Virus record (IMG/VR): IMGVR_UViG_3300037851_000542
Location: 195,995-259,994 of that record
Length of the DNA stretch: 64,000 nt
Strand: one strand, 5' to 3'
Origin: a virus
Taxonomy: Duplodnaviria; Caudoviricetes
Shown here: positions 1-8,710 of the stretch, piece by piece
Numbering within the stretch: the stretch's first letter is position 1
Layout: each line of letters opens with the position of its first letter
Translations under genes and position numbers: made by a program
Notes under the pieces: generated by a model
Told to the model about the DNA's origin: nothing
Database searches by the model: none
Seen by the model: only the letters and a program-made list of their open reading frames with translations

Positions 1-1378
1 CATTTTTTATATTCTTATAAAATGTACAAATTTCTTTCCACCAGTAATTAAATTGATAATAGCCTGAAGTTACTCCAATATAAGAGTTACCACTTATTAA
101 GGAGCTTTCTGGTACTTTATCCCCATACTTCTCTCTAAGCTCTTTAATTCTTCTAACGTTTTCCATAGGATTGGAATCCGTAGACAGTATAGGTCTTATT
201 GCTGATCTAAATATATGCTCTGGGAGTTGGGCAATCTCATCGAGCAATATTAATTGGGCGCGTTCCCCTCTTATCTTACTTCCGTCATTTCCCACTGGTA
301 ATGCTTTTAAAATACTTGGTGGTTGTCTTCCCACTCTTCTAGTGGCGCAATATGCAGAGTCTGTTCTTATGCTGGGTCCTTTGGCATCTATGCATTCTTG
401 CAGGAAAGGACTCTCGTGATATAACTTTTCAAACTCCGCAAATATTAATTTTGATTGCCTAAAGCTTGGAGCAAATACACATATGTTTGTACCTGGATAG
501 AGCATCATTCTAAGGGCTAAGTAAAGAGCAGAGAGAAATGTATTGTGTGTTACTATATAGTTATCTACTATATAAAGACCCTCTGGGTCTTCTATCATAA
601 TGCACCTACCTGGTTTGGATTCTATTGGAAGTACTTCTTTTATATATAAACCTGATATCTCATAGGAGTCTTTTAAAATAACATCTAAGTCTAAATTAGT
701 GTCGTTTTCTCTTGTAAAAATAGAGCATACGTGACCTAGCGACCATAATTTTTTCTGAACCTCTAAGGCTAGATCTTTAGTTAAATTTTCATAATACCCT
801 GAACACAAATAAGAACAATTTAAAGATTTCTTTATAAACTCTTCTGTTTCTTTTTTATCTATCGTCGGTAAATCTCCGACTAAAGGTATATAAACATCTG
901 CTCCAAATTCAATAAGAGTTTTTATTTTTTCTGTTGTTAGAACCTTTTTATTAAACTCATTAAAGACTAACCATTGATGGTCCTTGCAAGCTTCAATTTC
1001 CCTGCCGTCTACAAATACTACTTTAAACATTACAGGGTTAGATTCGCAGGATATATTAACTATTTTTGATTTATTACCTTCTGGGGTAATAACCTCATCA
1101 CCAATATTTAGGGTATCAATTCTTTTAAATCCATCCGGAGTTAAAACATTAGTACTGTCCGATAATAGCTTTCCAAATCCCCGACTAGCAGTTAATACAC
1201 AAAATCTACCATTCCACCAGTCTAGTAATACTTTTTGCTGAATAGCTGGTAAAGTTACTGGTTCACTTTGCCTTACTAATAGATGATTAGCTGCTATAAT
1301 AGGGTTAGTCCTATAATAGGAAATTAGTCTTATAAAATCATCGCTGATTAGATTAGGATCTGGTTTTATTAAAATCAA
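1..1378 (-). CDS. terL: Terminase large subunit, intein-containing; 3' end runs off the window; not in the ORF track
   Basis: Manual translation from TTG at 1378: ...LTASRGFGK[intein]TFLSALY... (Walker A), then VFAPSFRQSKLIF, GSKIRGERAQLILLDEIAQ (Walker B) and GVTSGY. The frame stays open to position 1. Confidence 0.9.
   Translation of the reverse strand, partial: MILIKPDPNLISDDFIRLISYYRTNPIIAANHLLVRQSEPVTLPAIQQKVLLDWWNGRFCVLTASRGFGKLLSDSTNVLTPDGFKRIDTLNIGDEVITPEGNKSKIVNISCESNPVMFKVVFVDGREIEACKDHQWLVFNEFNKKVLTTEKIKTLIEFGADVYIPLVGDLPTIDKKETEEFIKKSLNCSYLCSGYYENLTKDLALEVQKKLWSLGHVCSIFTRENDTNLDLDVILKDSYEISGLYIKEVLPIESKPGRCIMIEDPEGLYIVDNYIVTHNTFLSALYLALRMMLYPGTNICVFAPSFRQSKLIFAEFEKLYHESPFLQECIDAKGPSIRTDSAYCATRRVGRQPPSILKALPVGNDGSKIRGERAQLILLDEIAQLPEHIFRSAIRPILSTDSNPMENVRRIKELREKYGDKVPESSLISGNSYIGVTSGYYQFNYWWKEICTFYKNIKN
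542..1168 (-). mobile_element. Intein (209 aa) in the terminase Walker A; class-3-like (Leu1, WCT signature), with a reduced endonuclease remnant
   Basis: Starts LLSDSTNVLTPDGFKRIDTLKIGDEV; block B EACKDHQW; block F GRCIMIEDPEGLY; ends IVTHN followed by extein Thr. Confidence 0.88.
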
Positions 1379-1385
1379 AGTTGAA

Positions 1386-2012
1386 TCACTCTAATACATT
1401 ATCTTTTAATTTAGGTTCCATATACTCATCTAAGGACTGATATTTATCTAAGGTATCAGAATAATACTTTGCTAAGGCTTCAACTGCTTCGTTTATATCT
1501 ATTTTTTTTACTTCATCTATTAGATCTAACATAGTTTTGGACTTAGTTAAATCTCTAGATTCCTTTCTATCCTTAGTTCTTATGTTTAAGTTTTCTTTTC
1601 TTTTTTCAATCTGTTTACTCATTTTATCAAAATGATCTAATAGGACTTTATTTTCATAATCCTTTTTATCAAAACTAGCATCATTTATCATTTTACACAT
1701 CTCATCAAAAGAGATTACATCCCTATAAAGTTGTGCTATCTCTTCAACTTCAGTTGTTGTGACTGTTTCGGCTCCAAGGGTTATAATCATCTGGTCACAT
1801 AACATTAAAAATCTATCTCTAGTCCCCATAGGTAAAGTTTCTTGAGGCACATAAAGAAAAATTACGCTTTCATTTATATAGTTATTTCTCATATGAAACT
1901 GAGAATTTTTGGAAGTGTACCCCTGTTGTTGTATTACAGAGCTAGCACTTGGTAAGCCTAGTACTACAGGTTGTGATTGGGATTTAGGTGGTCTTCCTCT
2001 TTTTCCTGCCAC
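1386..2012 (-). CDS. Hypothetical protein, candidate terminase small subunit
   Basis: Directly upstream of terL; basic N-terminus (GKRGRPPK) and helical charged C-terminus. Positional inference only. Confidence 0.4.
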   Translation of the reverse strand: MAGKRGRPPKSQSQPVVLGLPSASSVIQQQGYTSKNSQFHMRNNYINESVIFLYVPQETLPMGTRDRFLMLCDQMIITLGAETVTTTEVEEIAQLYRDVISFDEMCKMINDASFDKKDYENKVLLDHFDKMSKQIEKRKENLNIRTKDRKESRDLTKSKTMLDLIDEVKKIDINEAVEALAKYYSDTLDKYQSLDEYMEPKLKDNVLE

Positions 2013-2350
2013 TAAGATTTACCCTCTCTTATTAGGTCTTCTAAAGTTTTAATATCTTCTTTTGATATGGTATTTAATTTACTACACTTACTGCAGATAA
2101 TCATACAAGTAGTTCTCTTTATGGATAGGTAGTTAGTACATTGATCAGTACTACATTTAATTTGACCTATAGATACAGAATTTATATTAGAACTTTTTGG
2201 TCCGGAGTTAAAATGGTTGTAGTATTCTCCAGTTTTAGGATCTGTTTTTCCAGCCTTATACTTATCATAAAACTCGCTGGCTTTTCTTACTTTTTCTTTA
2301 TACTTTTTAGGTCCAATTTCTTGGAGTAGTTTTGGTTCCCTTACTGACAT
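2012..2350 (-). CDS. Zinc-finger-like protein
   Basis: CSTDQC...CMIICSKC cysteine cluster; stop codon abuts the next start. Confidence 0.55.
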   Translation of the reverse strand: MSVREPKLLQEIGPKKYKEKVRKASEFYDKYKAGKTDPKTGEYYNHFNSGPKSSNINSVSIGQIKCSTDQCTNYLSIKRTTCMIICSKCSKLNTISKEDIKTLEDLIREGKS

Positions 2351-2364
2351 AATTAAAAATATCT

Positions 2365-2396
2365 CCTAGATTTTTAGATTATATCAAAAATCTAGG
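2365..2396. other. Intergenic inverted repeat
   Basis: cctagattttt-N10-aaaaatctagg between the 2350 and 2416 ORFs; no clear U-tract. Confidence 0.5.
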
Positions 2397-2415
2397 ATAA
2401 TTGCAACAAATACAA

Positions 2416-2649
2416 TTATTTAGACCTTACAGATCCTCTGCGAGCTTTTCTGCCTTTTTCATCTGATGGATATTCTTCTGGATCTATGTATACGTATTGT
2501 ATCTGCCCTGAAGTAGCTGTGATTAAAGTCTTATTACCATCAATATATAGTTCAACATTACCAAGAGTTACTGGATCTGGTATGATCTTATCATCTCTAG
2601 GTTCTGCGTCCTTGATAGAAGGTTTATATATAAAAAAAGCTCTTCCCAT
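2416..2649 (-). CDS. Hypothetical protein
   Basis: 77-aa ORF co-oriented with its neighbours. Confidence 0.6.
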   Translation of the reverse strand: MGRAFFIYKPSIKDAEPRDDKIIPDPVTLGNVELYIDGNKTLITATSGQIQYVYIDPEEYPSDEKGRKARRGSVRSK

Positions 2650-2750
2650 AACAAATTAGCCTCTTAATTTAGTATATTTTTAAAATAGTATAAAATGTTA
2701 ATTAAATACTATAGATTTAATTATACATATCCAAGAGGTACTTACATAAA

Positions 2751-3395
2751 ATGGCAAAGAGACCTGTACAGCCTCAAACTACTACTGACTTTTCTTATTC
2801 CAGTTCATACATAGATTTAATTAAAAACGGTCAAGTAGATCGAGTAAGGGTTAAATTTCCATTAACTACTGATCGCAGTCTCCAAGGAAACATACCATAC
2901 ACGGATAAGACTCTACACAGATACTACGGAGGAGAGGTTCCAGAAATAGGAAGACCTAATAATGAAAAAGATCCAAAAAAGGGCGCTTTTAAATTAAGTG
3001 ATCAGGAATTTAGATTTAAAAATAACAATCCTAATATAAAGAAAATAGGTAGATTAGAAATAGGTACTACTTCAGGCATAGAGCCTCTAACAGAAGAGGC
3101 TTTTACTCCTGGTTTGCAACAAGGGTATCCTACAGATAACCCAGTTGAAGTTAATAGTAAGTATGAACCTAACCATAATGAAGCAGAGTTTGTAGTTATG
3201 GGGGCTATGGATCCATCTAAATACTTACAAGAGAAGCATAAATATAAATACCCACTGGACCCTGACAAAACAACTTCTGATAATAGGATCAATTGGCAAA
3301 CAAGTCCAGATTATATGACACCTACTTCCCCAAATACTAGATATCCTAATGGTGGGGCAATAAGAAGAACGAATCAATACACTAAACCAAAGTAA
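2751..3395 (+). CDS. Hypothetical Pro/Gly/Thr-rich protein
   Basis: 214-aa ORF with upstream GAGG; no recognised motif. Confidence 0.7.
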   Translation: MAKRPVQPQTTTDFSYSSSYIDLIKNGQVDRVRVKFPLTTDRSLQGNIPYTDKTLHRYYGGEVPEIGRPNNEKDPKKGAFKLSDQEFRFKNNNPNIKKIGRLEIGTTSGIEPLTEEAFTPGLQQGYPTDNPVEVNSKYEPNHNEAEFVVMGAMDPSKYLQEKHKYKYPLDPDKTTSDNRINWQTSPDYMTPTSPNTRYPNGGAIRRTNQYTKPK

Positions 3396-3930
3396 TTATA
3401 GATTTTTTAAACTCTGAATGGGATCCGTTGTTTAGTATTTTAGCGTCAATGTCGTGGTAATTGTCCAGATCTAATTCACTAATGTGATTACTTCCTGTAA
3501 GTGCCTCAAAATTGGGTCTGACTATTTGTACAACTTCTACAGTGTGATTATTAATTTCTGCCCATTTTCTAGCAAATTGAATTTCTGATTTATACCTGCA
3601 GTCAGTTATACAAAATTTATCGTGACCTCCTGCAATTAAATCAACTATTGTCCTATTAAACGCATAAGATACCCAAGTATCAATATAGGCTTGTCTATGA
3701 CCCTCTCCTAGTGTTTGTAGCATAAATCTTGGAGTAACATTGTATCTAGGATCTATTTCATCTTTTAAATTACTATGTAATTGCTCAGAGGATAAATCAT
3801 ACATTGATCTGCAATGTTCTTTGAGTTTGTCTGCAAAAGCTACTCTTAAAAACCCGTACTCTTTTAAAAACAAAGCTGCGGTATCTTTACCTGACCTACT
3901 TTTTCCACATAGAACAATTATTCTTGCCAT
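3382..3930 (-). CDS. Deoxynucleoside monophosphate kinase (T4 gp1-like)
   Basis: IIVLCGKSRSGKDT P-loop, AFADKLKE, RFMLQTLG, ITDCRYKSE. Confidence 0.88.
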   Translation of the reverse strand: MARIIVLCGKSRSGKDTAALFLKEYGFLRVAFADKLKEHCRSMYDLSSEQLHSNLKDEIDPRYNVTPRFMLQTLGEGHRQAYIDTWVSYAFNRTIVDLIAGGHDKFCITDCRYKSEIQFARKWAEINNHTVEVVQIVRPNFEALTGSNHISELDLDNYHDIDAKILNNGSHSEFKKSIITLV

Positions 3931-3941
3931 TATCTACCTTA

Positions 3942-4172
3942 CTATTTATATGATTTAAGTGAAGTTAAAGCTTTATTTAAGGAACTTTCAAGTTCTTTTG
4001 TAACTTTAGAAATGCTTTTACTTTTAATACTATTATCTGGATTATCTGGAATCTCAGTTAAGTCTATTACCACTAGCTTTCTAGTATCGTCTTTTTTCAC
4101 AGGAATATCAAAGGAGATCTGGGGATTAGTTTTTGATCCATTCCAATATCCTACTAATCTAACTTTGTCCAT
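3942..4172 (-). CDS. Hypothetical protein
   Basis: 76-aa ORF in a tightly packed run. Confidence 0.6.
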   Translation of the reverse strand: MDKVRLVGYWNGSKTNPQISFDIPVKKDDTRKLVVIDLTEIPDNPDNSIKSKSISKVTKELESSLNKALTSLKSYK

Positions 4173-4182
4173 CTAGTGCAAT

Positions 4183-4539
4183 TTAATTCTTGTTAATTAT
4201 ATTCTCGGACTGGTTAATAAGTTCTTCTAATTTAATTAGGTGCTCTATTAAAGTTGATTTTACTACCATATTATCTGTTTCTATAGTCCCTATAAGAACA
4301 GTAGAAATGACCATAGACAGTATATCTTGATTTAATAATTTAAAATCCGGATTAGTAATGACTTGATCTTTTAAAGAATAATTGGTTATTAACTGGCTGG
4401 ATACGTTTTGTATGCTATTAACTTTATCCATAATAAGGTTAACTACCTGTCCATCTTGCTGTTCCATATTAGAGCAAAGACATTTTAATTCACTTAGCAA
4501 AAGTGTTAACTTTATTTTTAAGAATTGCAGGTTTTCCAT
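4183..4539 (-). CDS. Hypothetical protein
   Basis: 118-aa helical ORF coupled to its neighbour. Confidence 0.6.
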   Translation of the reverse strand: MENLQFLKIKLTLLLSELKCLCSNMEQQDGQVVNLIMDKVNSIQNVSSQLITNYSLKDQVITNPDFKLLNQDILSMVISTVLIGTIETDNMVVKSTLIEHLIKLEELINQSENIINKN

Positions 4540-4823
4540 TAAATTAGATGCTTTATATTAAAATATTTTATAGCAGTTTTACAGTCTTTATTACTAAATC
4601 CGTAGTTTTTTAGAGACTCTAGTAATTGAGTTTTAGTTTCCTTATATCTTCTTTTTACAGCCCAAGTTCTATAGTTTTTATACCTGTCTACTACTAAAAC
4701 TGGCGTTAAATCTTCATAGCTTATTGGAACTATAATGTCTATATAAAAATCTATGTTATCTAACTTAGATAATCTGATCCTTTTTCCACAATTCATTTTA
4801 ACAGTTATAACATAAAAAAACAA
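4539..4823 (-). CDS. Hypothetical protein
   Basis: 94-aa ORF; ends IKHLI*. Confidence 0.55.
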   Translation of the reverse strand: MFFYVITVKMNCGKRIRLSKLDNIDFYIDIIVPISYEDLTPVLVVDRYKNYRTWAVKRRYKETKTQLLESLKNYGFSNKDCKTAIKYFNIKHLI

Positions 4824-4828
4824 ATAAA

Positions 4829-4858
4829 AAGCCTATACTAGGGGACTAGTATAGGCTT
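4829..4858 (-). terminator. Rho-independent terminator
   Basis: 13-bp stem aagcctatactag/ctagtataggctt, followed on the minus strand by a T-rich tract, just after the 4883 stop. Confidence 0.8.
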
Positions 4859-4882
4859 AACCTGTCAAAATAGATTGTATTA

Positions 4883-5218
4883 CTACTTAACTATTGAACT
4901 AGGCTTAGTAGATACTGTGTTTGAAGTCGGAGCTGCTGGTTTCATCTTAGGTGCAGTAGTAACAGCAGTCTTCTGTAGCATTCCGCTACCTGAAGAAGTG
5001 CCTGTTCTAATTGCGCCTTGTGGATGACCTTGCATAACACTTGGCTTAGCGTACAACTGTCCGGCTGCAGCATCTGGATTATTAAAAGGCATATTATCAA
5101 TACCGTTTAATAGTGCAGCTCCTGGAAGGGCTGCCAGATTATCTACATCTGTGCTGTTATCGCTGCCGTCTAGTGGTGCAAATGTACCTGGCTTGCGAGT
5201 TGGTTTTCCTACGAACAT
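4883..5218 (-). CDS. Hypothetical low-complexity (Ala/Pro/Gly/Thr) protein
   Basis: Start placed at the ATG downstream of GGAG; followed by a terminator. Confidence 0.7.
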   Translation of the reverse strand: MFVGKPTRKPGTFAPLDGSDNSTDVDNLAALPGAALLNGIDNMPFNNPDAAAGQLYAKPSVMQGHPQGAIRTGTSSGSGMLQKTAVTTAPKMKPAAPTSNTVSTKPSSIVK

Positions 5219-5361
5219 ACTTAATTCCTCCAAAAAATAATTACGTAATATTTTTAGTTAAAAGCTTAAAATACCCATAGTACAATTTATTTTTATTGTA
5301 ATTTAATCAAAATTAAGCCTTGCATTTCAATAATTAAATCTATATAATTACTTAAATAAAA

Positions 5362-6186
5362 CTAATCTATAGTTAAATTAACGGGTCCTTCTACTTTGCT
5401 TATAAATACCTGGTTCTCATAATGAGAACTAGGTTTACTATTAGAAGTTTTAAATTGACTTACTCCGTCTGTTTTATAGTAAATAACTTCTGAGTCTTTA
5501 TAAATTACAACAGGCTCTATACAGAAACACATTCCTTCTTTTATAGGTACTCCTTTTTGAGGAAAACCACAACAAGGTACTATTGGACTTTCGTGTAAAC
5601 TTAGTCCTATTCCGTGTCCAGTAAAAGCATTAAATGTTTTATACTTTTTACTTAGGATCATAGTTTTATTTATGGCATAACCTATGTCACCTATTGTAGG
5701 ATCTTTTATGCTGCAAATACTATTAAAGGCATTATTAAAGGACTCAACAGAAATATCTATAATGCCCCGATGATTATTTATATCTTCTCCAACAATATAA
5801 GTTCTAGCACTGTCGGAACAGAAGCTATTATACTTAACCCCTATGTCTATGGATAAAACATCCCCATTCTCTAGCAGTCTATTATTAGGTAGCCCGTGAA
5901 CTAAATCTTCATTATTAGAGGTACACAAAGTAAATGGAAAAGGAGTAGCCTTAGGGTGATCCTTATAGTTTTTAAATAAAGGTTCTGCTTTATTTTTTAT
6001 AATTAAATCTTCAGCTATTTGATTTAACTCTAAAGTAGTGATTCCTATTTGAATAGATTTTTCTAGTTCTTTTCTTACACTAACTAAAATGTGAGCAGAT
6101 TCTTTAAAATAAGGTAAACACTCTTCAGAATATATATGTGTACCATCACCTAAGATGCTGTAGGTTGGTTGAGCACCTGAAGACAT
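5362..6186 (-). CDS. map: Methionine aminopeptidase, type I
   Basis: Metal ligands in IDIGV, CSDSARTY, GHGIGLSLHESP, CIEPV and SHYENQV; NEDLVHGLP. Confidence 0.93.
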   Translation of the reverse strand: MSSGAQPTYSILGDGTHIYSEECLPYFKESAHILVSVRKELEKSIQIGITTLELNQIAEDLIIKNKAEPLFKNYKDHPKATPFPFTLCTSNNEDLVHGLPNNRLLENGDVLSIDIGVKYNSFCSDSARTYIVGEDINNHRGIIDISVESFNNAFNSICSIKDPTIGDIGYAINKTMILSKKYKTFNAFTGHGIGLSLHESPIVPCCGFPQKGVPIKEGMCFCIEPVVIYKDSEVIYYKTDGVSQFKTSNSKPSSHYENQVFISKVEGPVNLTID

Positions 6187-6205
6187 CTAGAATTCTTTTT
6201 AAAAA

Positions 6206-7258
6206 TTAAAGACCAGCTTGCTGGGCGATCAAACAACCTTCTGCTACTGCATTAAGCGGATCAGAAGCGTGCCTAACTTCTTTTACTTGAAAAGGTAGCC
6301 TATGGGCATTTCTATCGAACTCTTTTTTAAACTCTGATAGAAAATTAATAGCCTTTGATGTGCCACCTGATACTACAACTGTTATTGGTTCTTGGTACCT
6401 TGGAACACTATCTAAGGAGTTTACTTTTGTTACTATAGCTTCTACTGTATACTTAATTAAGTTCTGGTAATAAATTGCAATTGCCTGTTTGGTCCTATCT
6501 GATTGAGCTAAATCACTTATATCTACCCCTCCTTCTTTTACCAAAGTAACTAAAGCAGGAGTAATCTCACTATTCTTAGGATCTTGATCGTCATAACCTA
6601 GGGATACTGCTACTGAGGTGTCAATGTAATCACCACCAATTGAAGTTGCAAAACTAGCCATCTCTTCAGCGTTAAATGCTAGACAGATGTTAGCCATACC
6701 TGCTCCAAAGGATACTGCCATACCTGTGTAGTTCTCCTCTCCTAGATTGGAAAGTACAATAGCAAAAGCTTCATTTATTGGAGAGCCCTCATAGCCTAAC
6801 TGCTTGAGTATAGAATTAATAGCACTTGTGTGAAACACTTCATCAAACTTTGCATCAATCGGCGAAGCAGGCACGCTGTATACAACTTTTTCATTTGGAG
6901 TAACGGGCTCTCCAAGAAGTTCTCTTAAAAGTGCTGTAAACATTGGTAACGCTTTTGTCTCTTTTGGAGAGATAACCCCTTTAGCGAGAGGTCTCCTTAA
7001 AACCATATTTTTTACTACTGCTTGATTCAAACTCTCATCTCCAATCACTTGGATTGTACCGTCGTCCATTTCGAGGTAGTTAACTCCGGCGTCTTTGAAG
7101 CCTTTAATCATAATGGTTTTAACAAGTGGGTTTGAAGGTCTCATTTCTAAAAAAGCATCCCTAACACTTTTTGTAGTTGTATTACCTTGTTCATCAACGC
7201 TAGCTACAACTAGGAAACAGGTGCCTACATCTAGTCCCAAATTTGGCGTTCTAGTCAT
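6206..7258 (-). CDS. Actin-fold ATPase (MreB/ParM/FtsA superfamily)
   Basis: Phosphate-1 GLDVGT, RRPLAKGVI, connect-1 PINEAFA, phosphate-2 SFGAGMAN, IGGDYID, adenosine VSGGTS, connect-2 PLNAVAEGC. Confidence 0.85.
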   Translation of the reverse strand: MTRTPNLGLDVGTCFLVVASVDEQGNTTTKSVRDAFLEMRPSNPLVKTIMIKGFKDAGVNYLEMDDGTIQVIGDESLNQAVVKNMVLRRPLAKGVISPKETKALPMFTALLRELLGEPVTPNEKVVYSVPASPIDAKFDEVFHTSAINSILKQLGYEGSPINEAFAIVLSNLGEENYTGMAVSFGAGMANICLAFNAEEMASFATSIGGDYIDTSVAVSLGYDDQDPKNSEITPALVTLVKEGGVDISDLAQSDRTKQAIAIYYQNLIKYTVEAIVTKVNSLDSVPRYQEPITVVVSGGTSKAINFLSEFKKEFDRNAHRLPFQVKEVRHASDPLNAVAEGCLIAQQAGL

Positions 7259-7847
7259 CTTCTTCTATACCTTCTTTTAGCTTCTTGAGTTTATTTAATT
7301 TATCTTGAATATTTGAACCAGATCTAGACTCTATAGTAACATTAGTTTTAATTTTATCCAAATCTTTTATATCACTTGGGTTTATAAACACGTTATCCAT
7401 TACTACATTTAAATTATTTTTGGAGGCAACCTGAGTAACACTATCTGAAACTATTGTTACAGGTGTAGATGCTATGTTTTCTAGCTTTTTAGTTATTTCT
7501 GCTAGAACAAGCATCATATCTTGACTGTTTGTAGTAGGAGGTGTATTAGTACCGTGTACCTGTGAAACTATCTCGTGTATCTTATTATAGTTAATTATAT
7601 CAGCTTGTTGGTCTTTTAAATCATTATGAACAGATTTAGTTAACTGGTTTACTAGGAACCTTATTGCCATCCCTTGACCAACACTGTTGGACTTTTTTAA
7701 GTTAGCGCTTATTTTTTCTAGTATGTGACTGTATTTATATTCTTCTATAGTTTTTAACTCTATAGCCTTCTTTAGTTTTATAAGCACACTGACATCAATA
7801 CCCAGTTTAACTAAAGATTCAATCAGCTCTTCAATATTTTGTCCCAT
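7251..7847 (-). CDS. Hypothetical helical protein overlapping the actin-like gene
   Basis: 198-aa ORF; 8-nt overlap. Confidence 0.7.
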   Translation of the reverse strand: MGQNIEELIESLVKLGIDVSVLIKLKKAIELKTIEEYKYSHILEKISANLKKSNSVGQGMAIRFLVNQLTKSVHNDLKDQQADIINYNKIHEIVSQVHGTNTPPTTNSQDMMLVLAEITKKLENIASTPVTIVSDSVTQVASKNNLNVVMDNVFINPSDIKDLDKIKTNVTIESRSGSNIQDKLNKLKKLKEGIEEDD

Positions 7848-8710
7848 TCCATTAATAATTTAAGTAATTTTATATCAAAACTACTTATTTCCTTATTTTT
7901 TAATAAATCGTCAACCTTGGCATATAAGTCGCATAGATCACTTAAATCTATAGTATTTAAAAACTTATCCAAGCCATAAAAGGCAAAGTCTGGGTATTTC
8001 CAGTATTTTCTAGTCTCTTCTTTATCTCTTGTAAATTTGTAAACTATTGTTGAGTAAAGCCTTTTAAGTACTAAAGGGAATACTACAAACTCATTATGGT
8101 TATAGATAACTGACTGTACTAGTCCCATATCCCTATTACCTCTGGAAAAGAGGTTATCTAGAAATTTAAATATTAAAGTATTATCTGACACTTCGGGCAG
8201 TAAAGATAGAGCTGTTTTTTCATCCACAATCTTTAGATAATTGGAGAATTTCTCTATTAATCTAAATAAGTCATTTCTTTTACTAATACCTGAATCTGTA
8301 AAGTAGCTTATATACTTATCGTGTAAGTTAAATTCATTAAACACATTAGTTATAAACTCTACTTTCTTTTTACCTTTTAACTCGGTTACACTTTTAATTT
8401 TAGATATACTGTTCAAGGATTTGAAGAAGGAGGATTCTTTATTCAGGTTTTTAAATATCCAAACTAGATTGATATTCTTAGGGTACTTAAGTACAGATAA
8501 TAACATATCGGAGTTTTTAGGCTCTATGTTATATATAACTAGGGTTTTTTTAGAAGGTATCAAAGTACTTTGATGTAACTTATAAAAACCCTCTAAGTCT
8601 AATAAATCAAAGTTATGTATATCTAAGGTTTCAGTAGGATTATCTTGTTTATATAGAAACACAACATCTTCGTGGTCTTTAGTTGTGAATATATTTACTT
8701 TGTAGTCCAA
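7823..8710 (-). CDS. Probable DNA polymerase III delta-like clamp-loader subunit
   Basis: Size, degenerate AAA+-like layout without Walker A, and overlap with dnaX. Confidence 0.55.
   Translation of the reverse strand: MDYKVNIFTTKDHEDVVFLYKQDNPTETLDIHNFDLLDLEGFYKLHQSTLIPSKKTLVIYNIEPKNSDMLLSVLKYPKNINLVWIFKNLNKESSFFKSLNSISKIKSVTELKGKKKVEFITNVFNEFNLHDKYISYFTDSGISKRNDLFRLIEKFSNYLKIVDEKTALSLLPEVSDNTLIFKFLDNLFSRGNRDMGLVQSVIYNHNEFVVFPLVLKRLYSTIVYKFTRDKEETRKYWKYPDFAFYGLDKFLNTIDLSDLCDLYAKVDDLLKNKEISSFDIKLLKLLMEWDKILKS

Noticed and set aside
171-1241. Plus-strand ORFs 171-419 and 984-1241
   Set aside because: Antisense shadows of terL and its intein.
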